In this document: positions 19,754-29,878 of the stretch, one piece after another
Layout: every line of letters starts with the position of its first letter
How positions within the stretch are numbered: the first letter of the stretch is position 1
Source: an uncultured Actinomycetota bacterium
GTDB lineage: Bacteria; Actinomycetota; Actinomycetes; JAHEKZ01
Direction of reading: 5' to 3'
DNA length: 64,000 nucleotides
NCBI GenBank assembly: GCA_963743915.1
Contig: CAVURN010000003.1
Span: 192,001 to 256,000, forward strand
Made by a program: the position numbers and the translations under genes
The notes under the pieces: generated by a model
The model's database searches: none
Told to the model about the DNA's origin: nothing
What the model saw: only the letters and a program-made list of their open reading frames with translations

Positions 19754-20851
19754 TCAGCCGAACTGGAAGTGCTGCGGTGTGGAACTGCAAGGGTTGCCCC
19801 GACCGAAGGTGATGTGCCGGGCCTTGACGTCCGTCACGCACCAGAAGACAGTCTTGGTGTTCGTCTCGGGCACCGGGTGTCGGCACAACGAGTCGGGGGC
19901 GTTCTCGTGGTCGCTGAGCATGCCGATGAGTGCCTCCTCGGTCACCGAACCCGGAAGCGCCGATGCCTGCTCCAGCAGCTCGGCCCCCCGCTGGAGACGC
20001 ACCGCCGAACGCTTCGCGTACGCAGGGTCGTCCTCGTAGCCGAGCATCGACTCGCACACGTAGTGGTTGGTGTGCACGAGAGTGCCGGCCTCTCCCAGGG
20101 AGGTGGTCTCTCCGTCGGTCGCCGAACCTTCGACGTTGACCACCTGACCATCCGGGGTGGCGAAGATGGTGTTGTAGGCCGACGCACGCGCCGGATGCAG
20201 GGCCGCGTCCACGGCATCCTGCATGCTCGACCAACGGAGCTGCTCCCGAACAAGCAGGAGGCGGGGCACACCGATCCGGTTGTCGTTGGGGGCCAGCTCG
20301 TTCCCGCTCAGCACGAGGCCCGCGGAGTTCCACCCGACGCTGATCCAGGGCCCGACACCGATGGTGAACATCCCCGGCTCGCCGTCGACTTTCCACTCGA
20401 TGGCCGTCAGATGCGGTTCCACATCGGCATCGAGGTCGTTGTTGTGAGCGATGAGGACGCGCTCGTCTGCCGTCACCGGTGGGCCGGCCACCAGATCGCT
20501 GCACTTGCCCGGTTCGCTGCCCAGGGCCGAGCCGCCGCCCTCGGGGTCGCCGTCGGACTGCCAGATCTCTTCGATCGACGCCGCGAAGACGCGCAGCGGA
20601 TCGACGTCGGCCGCCTCGGCCACCGCGTCGAGCTCCTCCACGAGGTAGGGCAGTTCGCGCGCCGTCACGTCGCGGTACTCGGACGCGAGCGCGAGCTGTT
20701 CCGCCATCGTGCGACCGTCCCGCGGGGTCTCCCCGTGGTCGAAGCTGCTGGCGTTGCGGACCGCGTCGGCACAGGCTGCGCCGATCTGCAGCCCGACGTC
20801 GCGATGCGAGCCCTCGACCTGCAGGACCGGGAGTACTGGCCGTTGCGTCAT
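19754..20851 (-). CDS. C45 family autoproteolytic acyltransferase/hydrolase
   Basis: Internal Cys nucleophile GK-CSD, AHNND, GWNSAGL, HTNHY, LSDH...SLCRH. Confidence 0.85.
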   Translation of the reverse strand: MTQRPVLPVLQVEGSHRDVGLQIGAACADAVRNASSFDHGETPRDGRTMAEQLALASEYRDVTARELPYLVEELDAVAEAADVDPLRVFAASIEEIWQSDGDPEGGGSALGSEPGKCSDLVAGPPVTADERVLIAHNNDLDADVEPHLTAIEWKVDGEPGMFTIGVGPWISVGWNSAGLVLSGNELAPNDNRIGVPRLLLVREQLRWSSMQDAVDAALHPARASAYNTIFATPDGQVVNVEGSATDGETTSLGEAGTLVHTNHYVCESMLGYEDDPAYAKRSAVRLQRGAELLEQASALPGSVTEEALIGMLSDHENAPDSLCRHPVPETNTKTVFWCVTDVKARHITFGRGNPCSSTPQHFQFG

Positions 20852-22365
20852 CAGCGTCCTTCCGAGAGCCGGTCCAGCACGTTGCGGGTGACCTGGGTGA
20901 CCACTGGGTCATGACCAGCCAGGCCGTACACCCAGTCAGTGGTTCCGGACGTGAAGACGGTCCCACCCCTGGTGTAGATCCCCATGACCGCGTGGTTGTG
21001 CGACAGGCGCGCGATGTTCTGTGGCGTCGCCTCGCCGAACACCGCCACCGCCGTCTCCTCCAGGTCCCCGCTCTCGCTCGAGCGGTAGCGGGAGGGGAGC
21101 TCGCTGAAGCTCCACAGCCGAGCGGGAGCCGTCGCGAGGATCGTGAAGTCCGTCGGCGTCCCGTCCCGGCCGGTCGGCACCGGTAGGCCGTCCTCGTCGG
21201 AGAGGGTGAACTCGCAGCCGTCGACCTCGTAGACAGCGATCCGGTCCTCGGTCCCGAAGAGGTCGCCGTAGTGCAGGTCGGAGCCGGCGAACGTCCAGTG
21301 GTCCGGCCGCCACGCCGTGAGACCGCCTGACGCCCGCGGAACAGCCTCGCCCATGCGGATGTACCCGCCGCGCGAGAAGCTGACGCCGGTCAGATGGTTC
21401 TCGGGCCGACCCACCAGCGCGGAGCACCAGAGCGTCGACACCAGGTGCTGCTGATCGGTGCCGAAGAGGGGGTCCGACTCCGGGTCCGCCTTGTAGGAGA
21501 CCATCGTGCGTCCGTCGTCCTCGAAGCGCACCTGCCAGCAGACCGAGTTGCCGGACAGGAATGCGTAGTTTCCTCCGTCGGCGATGTAGGCCTCCGCGGT
21601 GTCGCGCATCCCCCACGACCAGTACTCGTCGTGCCCGACGCTGACGACCAGCGGATAGCCCTGCACGATCTCGGGGAGGTGCTCCAGGTCGGCGTTGACG
21701 GCGACGTCCACCTGGTACCCCGCCCGCTCCGCCCACTGCACGAACAACCGTTCCCACTGGTACCACCCCGAGGAGCCTGACCACCTGGCCAGGCCGTGCA
21801 GGTCGGCCCACGAGCGGAAGCGCTCGTGCTCGGGGTCGTGGACGTCGTCGAGGTTGGGGTAGCGCAGGTACGGCTCGGGCTTGCGGAGGAAGCCCTTGGC
21901 CAGAGGCCGTTGGAAGGACGCCCGGACCGCCCCGGTGTAGAGGCTCGGCCCGCCCCAGTCGTTGTAGGCGTTGTACGTGTTCGTGGCCAGGACCAGCAGC
22001 ATCGGTGCTCGCGGGTGAGGCTGGCCGGAGTGCCGGACGACGAAGAAGGCGAGGGCCTCTTCGCCACGGCCCGTCGCGTCATCCCGTGCCCGCATCACGA
22101 CTTCGTAGTAGCCGGAACGCCAGTGCTCGGGGACGGTGAACGAGACGGACGCGGGCCAGCCGCACCCGTCCTCCGAGGCCCGCTCCGGGACGGCGTGGAG
22201 CTGGCCGGTGACCTCATTGTCCCGCCACACGATCTCGCGGGTGCCGCCCACCCGGGCGACCTCCACGGAGAACGTCGGAGCGTCGGTCGAGCAGCAGAGC
22301 TCAACGGTCTCTCCCACCGCGTAGCTGAGATGGTTGCAGTAGCCGTCGATCGTCAGAAGTCCCAT
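20851..22365 (-). CDS. N,N-dimethylformamidase beta-subunit family protein
   Basis: CGWPAS...WRSGYY, TNTYNAYNDWGGPSLY, GHDEYWS, FLSGNSVCWQVR, YEVDG, GTVFTSGTTDW. Confidence 0.85.
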   Translation of the reverse strand: MGLLTIDGYCNHLSYAVGETVELCCSTDAPTFSVEVARVGGTREIVWRDNEVTGQLHAVPERASEDGCGWPASVSFTVPEHWRSGYYEVVMRARDDATGRGEEALAFFVVRHSGQPHPRAPMLLVLATNTYNAYNDWGGPSLYTGAVRASFQRPLAKGFLRKPEPYLRYPNLDDVHDPEHERFRSWADLHGLARWSGSSGWYQWERLFVQWAERAGYQVDVAVNADLEHLPEIVQGYPLVVSVGHDEYWSWGMRDTAEAYIADGGNYAFLSGNSVCWQVRFEDDGRTMVSYKADPESDPLFGTDQQHLVSTLWCSALVGRPENHLTGVSFSRGGYIRMGEAVPRASGGLTAWRPDHWTFAGSDLHYGDLFGTEDRIAVYEVDGCEFTLSDEDGLPVPTGRDGTPTDFTILATAPARLWSFSELPSRYRSSESGDLEETAVAVFGEATPQNIARLSHNHAVMGIYTRGGTVFTSGTTDWVYGLAGHDPVVTQVTRNVLDRLSEGR

Positions 22366-22505
22366 GGGCTGCGTCAGACCTCCTCACGCTCCGGCTCCAT
22401 CCTCACCCTAACGGCGGGAGGACCCTCCCCCGTCAGCGACGAGAGTCGATGCCGCATGTGTCCGACGAGCCTTGTTCCCGTCGCGGGCGATGTCCCGGTT
22501 CTGGC

Positions 22506-23357
22506 TCAGACGAGCGTGAGGGCAGCCGCAAGGGCCTCGTCCCACGGACGCATCGAAGGCAGCCCGGCACGGGCCCAGCCGTCGTGGCCGAGTACCGACC
22601 ACGCCGGACGTGGTGCCGGCCGCGGGTACTCCTGTGTCGTGCAGGGGACGACTCGTGTGGTCGTGTCACCGGCGTGCCTCAGCACCGCCTTGGCCAGGCC
22701 ATGCCACGTCGTCGCACCGGCGTTCGTCGCGTGGTAGGTCCCAGGCGGGGCGTCCACCTCAACGACGTCAACGATGCGGTTCGCCAGGTCCACCGTCCAC
22801 GTGGGCTGGCCGTGCTGGTCGTCGACGACCCGCAGCTCGTCCCGCTCGGCAGCGATCCGCCGGATCGTCGCAACGAAGTTGGGCCCGTGCCACCCGTAGA
22901 GCCAGGCGGTGCGCAACACCCACGAGCGGTCGGGCAGCTCGGCTCGGACGGCCCACTCCCCCGCGGCCTTCGTCCGCCCGTACGCAGTCCGTGGGTCCTG
23001 CGGCGCGTCCTCGGGGTACGGGGTGACGGCCTGCCCAGCAAACACGTAGTCGGTGGAGAGCTGAAGCAGCCGGGCCCCGGTTGCCCCGCACGCCCGGGCC
23101 AGCAGCGCCGGCCCGACGGCGTTCACCCGGAACGCAGCCGCCTCGGCGGCTTCGGCGCCGTCGACGTCGGTCCATGCGGCGGCGTTCACCACCACGTCCA
23201 CACCACGTACCGCGTCGTCGACCTGCGCCTCGTCAGTGACGTCGAGGGTGGCCCGGTTGGCCGCCCGGATGTCATCGAGCGGTCGTCGGTCGGCCAGCAC
23301 AGCCAGCAGGTCGGTGCCGAGCAATCCGCCGGCACCGGTGACGAGCCAGCGCGTCAT
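22506..23357 (-). CDS. rmlD: dTDP-4-dehydrorhamnose reductase
   Basis: GAGGLLG, NAAAWTDVD, STDYVF, YGRTK, PAPRP. Confidence 0.95.
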   Translation of the reverse strand: MTRWLVTGAGGLLGTDLLAVLADRRPLDDIRAANRATLDVTDEAQVDDAVRGVDVVVNAAAWTDVDGAEAAEAAAFRVNAVGPALLARACGATGARLLQLSTDYVFAGQAVTPYPEDAPQDPRTAYGRTKAAGEWAVRAELPDRSWVLRTAWLYGWHGPNFVATIRRIAAERDELRVVDDQHGQPTWTVDLANRIVDVVEVDAPPGTYHATNAGATTWHGLAKAVLRHAGDTTTRVVPCTTQEYPRPAPRPAWSVLGHDGWARAGLPSMRPWDEALAAALTLV

Positions 23358-24349
23358 GAGCCCACTGGTGCCGCGCGCGCCTTCAGCGGCTCCCACCAGT
23401 CTCGATGCTCCTGGTACCAGGCGACGGTCGCGGCCAGCCCGGCGTCGAAGGTGATCTGCGGCCGGTAGCCGAGCTCGTCGGCGATCTTGGAGATGTCGAC
23501 TGAGTAGCGCAGGTCGTGGCCGAGGCGGTCTTCGACATGGCGCACGCGCTCCCAGCCCGCGCCCACCGCGGCGAGCAGGCGCTCGGTCAGCGCCCGGTTG
23601 GACAGCTCGGTGCCGCCACCGATGTTGTAGACCTCGCCCGGGCGGCCGGCGTCCGCAACGAGTTGCACGCCCCGGCAGTGATCGTCGACATGGAGCCAGT
23701 CGCGGACGTTCCGACCGTCGCCGTAGAGCGGGACGGTGCCACCGTCGAGCAGATTCGTCACGAACAGCGGGATGACCTTCTCGGGGAACTGGTAGGGCCC
23801 GTAGTTGTTGGAGCAGCGGGTGACGACGACGGGAAGCCCGTACGTGCGATGGTAGGCGAGGGCGATCAGGTCGGAAGAAGCCTTGCTGGCCGCGTACGGC
23901 GAGTTCGGCGACACCGGGTTCGTCTCTGCCCAGGAGCCAGCCTCGATCGAGCCGTACACCTCGTCGGTGGACACGTGCACGAACCGGGCGACGCGGTGGC
24001 GGCGGGCGGCGTCGAGGAGAGTCTGGGTGCCCAGGATGTTGGTGAGAACGAAGTCGGCGGCGCCGGTGATGGAGCGGTCGACGTGGGACTCCGCGGCAAA
24101 GTGCACGACGACATCGGCGCCGGCCAGGACGTCGTCGACGCGGGCCGGGTCACAGATGTCGCCCTCGACGAACGACAGTCGCGGATCGTCGGCAACTGGG
24201 TCGAGATTGGCGCGCACGCCGGCATAGGTGAGCTTGTCGAGCACGGTGAGGGCGGTTGGCGCAGCGGGGGTGGCCATGCGGCCGTCCAGGAGCATGCGGA
24301 CATAGTTGGAGCCGATGAAGCCTGCACCACCGGTCACGACGTAGCGCAC
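23354..24349 (-). CDS. rmlB: dTDP-glucose 4,6-dehydratase
   Basis: VTGGAGFIGSN, HFAAESHVDRS, STDEVYGS, YAASK, RDWLHV. Confidence 0.95.
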   Translation of the reverse strand: MRYVVTGGAGFIGSNYVRMLLDGRMATPAAPTALTVLDKLTYAGVRANLDPVADDPRLSFVEGDICDPARVDDVLAGADVVVHFAAESHVDRSITGAADFVLTNILGTQTLLDAARRHRVARFVHVSTDEVYGSIEAGSWAETNPVSPNSPYAASKASSDLIALAYHRTYGLPVVVTRCSNNYGPYQFPEKVIPLFVTNLLDGGTVPLYGDGRNVRDWLHVDDHCRGVQLVADAGRPGEVYNIGGGTELSNRALTERLLAAVGAGWERVRHVEDRLGHDLRYSVDISKIADELGYRPQITFDAGLAATVAWYQEHRDWWEPLKARAAPVGS

Positions 24350-24360
24350 CGGCCCAGTCT

Positions 24361-24397
24361 GACACGACGCAAGGGCTGAGGACACCCGGCAAGGGCT
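24361..24397. repeat. 17-bp imperfect direct repeat (20-bp period) in the rmlB/rmlA divergent promoter region
   Basis: GACACGACGCAAGGGCT (24361) and GACACCCGGCAAGGGCT (24381), 14/17 identical. Confidence 0.6.
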
Positions 24398-24409
24398 TAC
24401 GGTACGGGG

Positions 24410-25288
24410 ATGCGTGGAATCGTGCTCGCCGGTGGGACCGGATCGCGGCTGTGGCCGGTCACGCAGGCCGTGAGCAAGCAGCTGATGCCGGTGTACGACA
24501 AGCCGATGGTCTACTACCCGCTGGCCACGTTGATGGTCGCGGGGATCCGTGAGGTGCTCGTCATCACCACCCCCGAGGACACTTGGGCGTTCCGTCGACT
24601 GCTCGGCGACGGGTCCGCCTGGGGGATGCGGATCGAGTACGCCGAGCAGCCACGGCCCGAGGGGCTGGCGCAGGCGTTCGTCATCGGCGCGGACTTCATC
24701 GGTGGCGAGCCGGTGGCGCTCGTCCTCGGCGACAACATCTTCTACGGAGTGGGGTTGGGCAGCCAACTGCGGGCAGCAACCGCGGTCGAGGGCGGGCGGG
24801 TCTTTGCCTACCGGGTGGCCAACCCCAGCGAGTACGGGGTGGTGGAATTCGACCCCGCCGGGGCGGTGCGCTCGATCGAGGAGAAGCCGGCGGTGCCGAA
24901 GAGCAGCTACGCGGTGCCGGGGCTGTACTTCTTCGCCCCCGACGTCGTCGAGATCGCCCGGGGGGTCACGCCCAGCGCTCGTGGGGAGCTGGAGATCACT
25001 GCGGTGCATGCCGAGTACCTCCGACAGGACCGGCTGGAGGTGGAAGTGCTGCCCCGGGGGACGGCCTGGCTGGACACCGGAACGTTCACCACGTTGATGC
25101 AGGCCGCGGAGTTCGTGCGGGTGATTGAGGACCGGCAGGGCCGCAAGATCGGCTGCCCGGAGGAGGTGGCCTGGCGCAACGGCTGGATCGACGATGACGC
25201 GCTGACGGCACTGGCCGAGCCGCTGCGGCGGAGCGGGTACGGAGAGTACCTCCTGGGGCTGCTTGTCGACCGCGACGGGCGGCGCTGA
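24410..25288 (+). CDS. rmlA: Glucose-1-phosphate thymidylyltransferase
   Basis: [48 protein letters not shown]. Confidence 0.97.
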   Translation: MRGIVLAGGTGSRLWPVTQAVSKQLMPVYDKPMVYYPLATLMVAGIREVLVITTPEDTWAFRRLLGDGSAWGMRIEYAEQPRPEGLAQAFVIGADFIGGEPVALVLGDNIFYGVGLGSQLRAATAVEGGRVFAYRVANPSEYGVVEFDPAGAVRSIEEKPAVPKSSYAVPGLYFFAPDVVEIARGVTPSARGELEITAVHAEYLRQDRLEVEVLPRGTAWLDTGTFTTLMQAAEFVRVIEDRQGRKIGCPEEVAWRNGWIDDDALTALAEPLRRSGYGEYLLGLLVDRDGRR

Positions 25289-25290
25289 GC

Positions 25291-25881
25291 ATGCACGTCG
25301 AGCCGCTCGCCGTCCCTGACGCCTTCGTCGTGACCCCCCGCCAGCACGCCGACGACCGAGGCGTCTTCCTCGAGTGGTTCAAGGCGGAGGTGTTCCAGAG
25401 CGCCACCGGCCACCGGTTGCCCTTGGGGCAGGCCAACTGCTCGGTGTCGCGACGCGGGACGCTGCGCGGCATCCACTTCGCCGATGTGCCACCCGGGCAG
25501 GCCAAGTACGTGACGTGCCCCTCCGGGGCGGTCCTCGACGTCGTCGTCGACCTCCGCGTCGGGTCGCCGACGTTCGGGGTGGGCGACACCGTGGTCCTCG
25601 ACGACCAGGACCGGCGAGCGGTGTTCCTCGCCGAGGGCCTCGGCCACGCGTTCCTCGCCCTCAGCGAGACCGCGACCGTCGTGTACCTGTGCTCGACGCC
25701 CTACAACCCTGTTGCTGAGCACGGCATCCAGCCGCTCGATCCCGGGCTCGCAATCCCCTGGCCCGCCGACCTTGAGCCGTTGCTGTCAAAGAAGGACGCC
25801 GCCGCCCCCAGCCTCACCGAGGCACAGTCGGCCGGGTTGCTGCCCAGCCATGACGACTGCCTGGCGGCGTACCGGGACTGA
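25291..25881 (+). CDS. rmlC: dTDP-4-dehydrorhamnose 3,5-epimerase
   Basis: DDRGVFLE, RGIHF, GQAKYV, GLGHAF. Confidence 0.95.
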   Translation: MHVEPLAVPDAFVVTPRQHADDRGVFLEWFKAEVFQSATGHRLPLGQANCSVSRRGTLRGIHFADVPPGQAKYVTCPSGAVLDVVVDLRVGSPTFGVGDTVVLDDQDRRAVFLAEGLGHAFLALSETATVVYLCSTPYNPVAEHGIQPLDPGLAIPWPADLEPLLSKKDAAAPSLTEAQSAGLLPSHDDCLAAYRD

Positions 25882-25888
25882 CCTGCCC

Positions 25889-28018
25889 TCACACGCCGTC
25901 GAGGACGGCGCCGAGCTGCTCCCCGTAGACCGAGAGGTCCACGCTGAACGTGGTCAACCTCTCCTTCTTCACCGGTCCGCTGGGGTCCCACTCGTCGGGC
26001 GGCATCCAGAAGTAGTGCAGGTCGGCACCCAGCGTCGCCGCGAACAGGTGCTCGTTGCGAGCGGGATAGCCGTTGTGGCCGAGCACGACGATCGCGTCGA
26101 GTCGTCGGCAGTGCATCAGGTTGAACAGAGCGGAGCCCGCGAACCCCGCCACCACGCGGGCTCCCGCGAACAAGGCCGCCTGTTCCGGAAGGGGCAATTC
26201 CTCGGGGTAGAAGACGTGGAAGCCGTGGCTGGCGAACACCTCCTCGACCTCCGACTGATTCGTGCAGCCTCGGCGGTGTGCGTACCTGGATCCCCGGGAC
26301 ACGAAGATCCGGTCGTGGGGGCTCGCGTCTCCATCCTTCAGGAGTCCGGTCGTGATGCGGTCCCACGTGTCCCGGATCGCGGGATGGGCGGAGTGGGGGG
26401 GCGCGTTGTGCCACATCGGCGAGGCCCCGACGACACTGCGCAGTCGGACCGGCCCGTCCGTCGAGACGATCTGGGCCGGATCGATCCCGTAGGAGGTGAA
26501 GAGCAGTCGCTCGAGAGTCCCATCCCGTCCCCGGGCGGACCGGGTGTGGAAGAGCGCCTTGAGGTCGGGGAACTCCGCTCTCGCCTGCTCCCAGCCCCAG
26601 AGCCGAGCCACGACCTCGGTGGTGAGGTGCCCGAAATGCCCCGAGAACAGGCAATCGAGGTAGTAGTAGGTCCCCTCGAGCTTCGGCGCGTTGTCCACCC
26701 GAGGAGCAACGGTGAACCCATTCCCCACTGCCGCCGACCGCGAGTGCGTGAGCTCCTCTGCGTACGGCCAGCGGAACGACTCCGGAAGCATCGTCGGCCC
26801 CAGGACGAGGCGGGTCGACCCGGCGCTCACGATGGGGCCGGCATAGTGGCGGAGCGTCAGGTCCGGACCCTGACCTTGACGCCACACCTCAGCAGGTGGC
26901 TCGCCGTAGTCGACGACGCGGGCCGCGTGGGGCGACGCCGCCGGGATCGTCGCCAGGATCGAGACTTTGGCGCGCGGCTCCCGAACGATCAGGAGGTCGC
27001 TGACCTGATCCTCGCGCAGCTTGAGCAGCGCCTGGCGGCGCGTCTTGACCACCGCGAACTCAGGGGTGACGCCGACGCTCCCCACAAGGTCGTCGCCCGC
27101 GGCCTCGTTGAGGAAGGACTCGACGGACTCAGGGGTCCGATCAGCAGAGGACGCCGTCGCGACCGTCAAGTCGAACAGGCACGAGCCACGGCGGCCCAGG
27201 TGCACGAGGAGCGCCCGCACACATGCCTGGGCCTCCGGAGACGACGGAGCTGTCGGACCGGCGTCCGCGGCGACGACGATGACGTCCCGGGGCTGGGCCT
27301 GCAACAGCTCGCCGAACACGTCCGGCCAGGCCTCGACGTTGCGTCGGCGCCGCACCCAAGGGGACTCGCTGGACCCTGGCGATCCCTCGCCCACCACGAT
27401 GACATCGACCGCATGGCCGGCGTACGTCTCGATCCACTTCGATGCTTGGCCGATCCCATCCGCATCGCAGATCACGCTGACCTTGAGTCGGCGTTGCATG
27501 CCCGCGGCGACCAGCGATGAAGGAGACGGATTCACAGCGCCGTCGCTGACAGGATTCCCTCGCGCGCGGGTCACTCGCTGAAGAGCTCGCCGCGCCACGG
27601 CCTTGGGTGTGGTGAGGTTCGCAGTGGCGGGTGGGTCCGGTGGTCGAGGCGGCGCCATCTTGCACGCGGGGGCTGGCCCGATGAGGAGCGCGCTCGGGCG
27701 GTTCTTTGCTGCGAGGAGCCGCGCATCCGTCGGCTGGGCTCCCCCAGTCGTCGGTCGGACAGCGATGTCCATAGCGCGCCAGCCGAGCTTGGCCCGCGGG
27801 ACGGCGAAGGTCAGCAGGAGACCGTCTCCCTCACGGTCGATCGATCCGGTGACGCGCACTTTGCTCGTGGGGCCAACCAGCATCACCTGGACCTCACCGA
27901 CACCGAGGTCGCCGGGACCAAGCCTGAGGCACACCAGGACGTCCTCGCCTTGCCGTCGGCAGTGGCTCGTCAGGGCATCGCACTGGATTGCCTGCTTCGT
28001 GTCCTTCTCCGGCGTCAC
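25889..28018 (-). CDS. Glycosyltransferase family 61 protein with long N-terminal extension
   Basis: C-terminal HFGHLTTE, IFVSR, PEELPLPEQAALF, GFAGSALFN. GTG start overlaps the upstream stop. Confidence 0.75.
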   Translation of the reverse strand: MTPEKDTKQAIQCDALTSHCRRQGEDVLVCLRLGPGDLGVGEVQVMLVGPTSKVRVTGSIDREGDGLLLTFAVPRAKLGWRAMDIAVRPTTGGAQPTDARLLAAKNRPSALLIGPAPACKMAPPRPPDPPATANLTTPKAVARRALQRVTRARGNPVSDGAVNPSPSSLVAAGMQRRLKVSVICDADGIGQASKWIETYAGHAVDVIVVGEGSPGSSESPWVRRRRNVEAWPDVFGELLQAQPRDVIVVAADAGPTAPSSPEAQACVRALLVHLGRRGSCLFDLTVATASSADRTPESVESFLNEAAGDDLVGSVGVTPEFAVVKTRRQALLKLREDQVSDLLIVREPRAKVSILATIPAASPHAARVVDYGEPPAEVWRQGQGPDLTLRHYAGPIVSAGSTRLVLGPTMLPESFRWPYAEELTHSRSAAVGNGFTVAPRVDNAPKLEGTYYYLDCLFSGHFGHLTTEVVARLWGWEQARAEFPDLKALFHTRSARGRDGTLERLLFTSYGIDPAQIVSTDGPVRLRSVVGASPMWHNAPPHSAHPAIRDTWDRITTGLLKDGDASPHDRIFVSRGSRYAHRRGCTNQSEVEEVFASHGFHVFYPEELPLPEQAALFAGARVVAGFAGSALFNLMHCRRLDAIVVLGHNGYPARNEHLFAATLGADLHYFWMPPDEWDPSGPVKKERLTTFSVDLSVYGEQLGAVLDGV

Positions 28019-28779
28019 GGCGCGCTCACATGGCTCAGGAGACCGTGGTGCTCCAGTGCACCTCGGATCGACATGACGGCGTCCTGCCGTTCCATCGAGC
28101 GCGCCTGCCGGAGGACGGTCCACAACTCCGATCGCAGCAGCGCGGCTGGGTCGACGGCTCTCGTTCGCAGGGACGCCCAGGCGGGCAGTTCCTGGGGATC
28201 GGGCACGACCAGTCCCGGGACGAGGTCCTCGTACTGGTCGACCAACGTCCGGTTCTGTGGGTCCAGCAGGAGGATGACGAGAGTTCCCGTCGGCGTCGTG
28301 TCGACCTCGATGACCGCGAGATCTGGGCGGTGACCGCGGAGCACGTCGATGATCTTGTAGACGTCGCCGGCCCACGCCCCGTTCTTCGCGGCGCCGACAC
28401 GGCCCCGTCCGGCTTGTTCGACCGTCCTGGGAAGGACATCGTCGACGACGATCACACTCGCGGCGTGGCAGTACCGCTCGGTATTGATCACGTCTCGGAG
28501 CGCATACTCGGCGAGGTGCATGCCATCGATGAACGCGAGGTCGACGGGCTGCCCGGCAAGATGCGCGAACGGATTGCGACGTGCGAAGAACTCGTCGCTC
28601 GTGGTGCGCACCAGATGAACGTCACAGAGCAGCTCTCGAGTCACCTCGTAGTAGGGGTCCACCGCGACGCTCGGCACGCGGGACAGCGTGAGGCTCTTGC
28701 CGCTCCTGACGCCGACCTCGAAGTACGTGCGTGGTTGGAGCTTGCGATGGATTTTGGCCAGGAGCTGATGCTTCTTCAT
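28015..28779 (-). CDS. Class I SAM-dependent methyltransferase (Methyltransf_24-like)
   Basis: YFEVGVRSGKS, TSDEFF, DLAFIDGMH, VVDDVLP, WAGDVYK. Confidence 0.85.
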   Translation of the reverse strand: MKKHQLLAKIHRKLQPRTYFEVGVRSGKSLTLSRVPSVAVDPYYEVTRELLCDVHLVRTTSDEFFARRNPFAHLAGQPVDLAFIDGMHLAEYALRDVINTERYCHAASVIVVDDVLPRTVEQAGRGRVGAAKNGAWAGDVYKIIDVLRGHRPDLAVIEVDTTPTGTLVILLLDPQNRTLVDQYEDLVPGLVVPDPQELPAWASLRTRAVDPAALLRSELWTVLRQARSMERQDAVMSIRGALEHHGLLSHVSAP

Positions 28780-29037
28780 GGAGGTCAACCGCCTTCTCTG
28801 AACGGGGCGCCTCATGTGTCGTCGAACACCCGCTGTAGCCATTCCGATGATAGAGCCGCCCTCCGGGGCGGTTCGCCTCGGCACCCTGCCGACGCCATCA
28901 CGACCCTGCGCCGTCCGAGCCTCGGCCAGCAGGAGGATGCCTACCGGTCATCCTTCACCGGCGCGTCCCCTCAAACTCCGAAACGGGCGGCACACCGACC
29001 TTCTCCCAGGGGCGGGGGCGTGATGTCCCCCGTCGGC

Positions 29038-29610
29038 TCACCTTCTGTGCGATCGGCAGATGACCCCGTCATAGTCGGTGGCGACAGCGGTCCAGTCGCG
29101 CCCCTCGGTGTCGACGAGGGTGAGTTCGAGTTCGGCCTTGACCCAGCCGAGTCTGCCGGCAGGACCAGGGGTGACGGCCCGACACGGAAGGGACTGCCGG
29201 AACAGGCTGACCGTGCCACCTTGCGCCTGCCAGGGCGTGTCGTAGTGAGTGGCGTCCGACTGCTTGAGCACGAGGCCGGCCTTCTCGGAGGTGACCGTGA
29301 GGGTCCACTTGCGGTCTGTGAAGCGCAGATCGTCCCTGTTGCAGGCCATCGCCGCACCTAGGTAGACCTTGACGACACCGGTCTGGTACACGACCCCCTG
29401 CTGGATCGGCTCGACGGTGGCGAAGCACTCGCTGCGCAGGTAGGTGGAGTCGGTGCCCGGGACCTCGTAGGCGAGCTGGCGGAACGCGTAGACGCCGTTG
29501 ATCGGCTGCCATCCGTCGTTCGGGGTGCCAGCGCGGGCAAAGGCCGAGGCACCGATGACGGCCGCTGCGATCAAGCCCACAACAACGACACTCGTCACCG
29601 CCTTGCGCAT
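29038..29610 (-). CDS. Secreted hypothetical protein
   Basis: Signal-peptide-like N-terminus MRKAVTSVVVVGLIAAAVIGASAFARA; normal codon bias; no recognised domain. Confidence 0.6.
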   Translation of the reverse strand: MRKAVTSVVVVGLIAAAVIGASAFARAGTPNDGWQPINGVYAFRQLAYEVPGTDSTYLRSECFATVEPIQQGVVYQTGVVKVYLGAAMACNRDDLRFTDRKWTLTVTSEKAGLVLKQSDATHYDTPWQAQGGTVSLFRQSLPCRAVTPGPAGRLGWVKAELELTLVDTEGRDWTAVATDYDGVICRSHRR

Positions 29611-29878
29611 AGCCCTCACCCCAATCTACTGATCGTCACGGAGCGTAAGCGGGCACCCGAGGGCTTCGCAGGCAAACCGCGGGGATCCGCCCCGAACGGC
29701 CCAATCCGCGCGGGACGATCGTCTGACTACGGCCCCCACCCGGGCAGATGGCGCCCCCAACCCCTTGCTGTGTGGCGGGCACGGGTCCATGCTCGGCCCG
29801 GCAGCGCTTGGCGCCGCAAGGCGGAATGGTGCCGCCGCCACCCCGTTCTGCCGTGGTGGCGCGACTCTGGGAGGCGGC

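Noticed and set aside
29670-29720. GGCAAACC motif suggesting a c-di-GMP-I riboswitch
   Set aside because: No GNRA-capped P2 stem or downstream GCAAAG element at the expected spacing.
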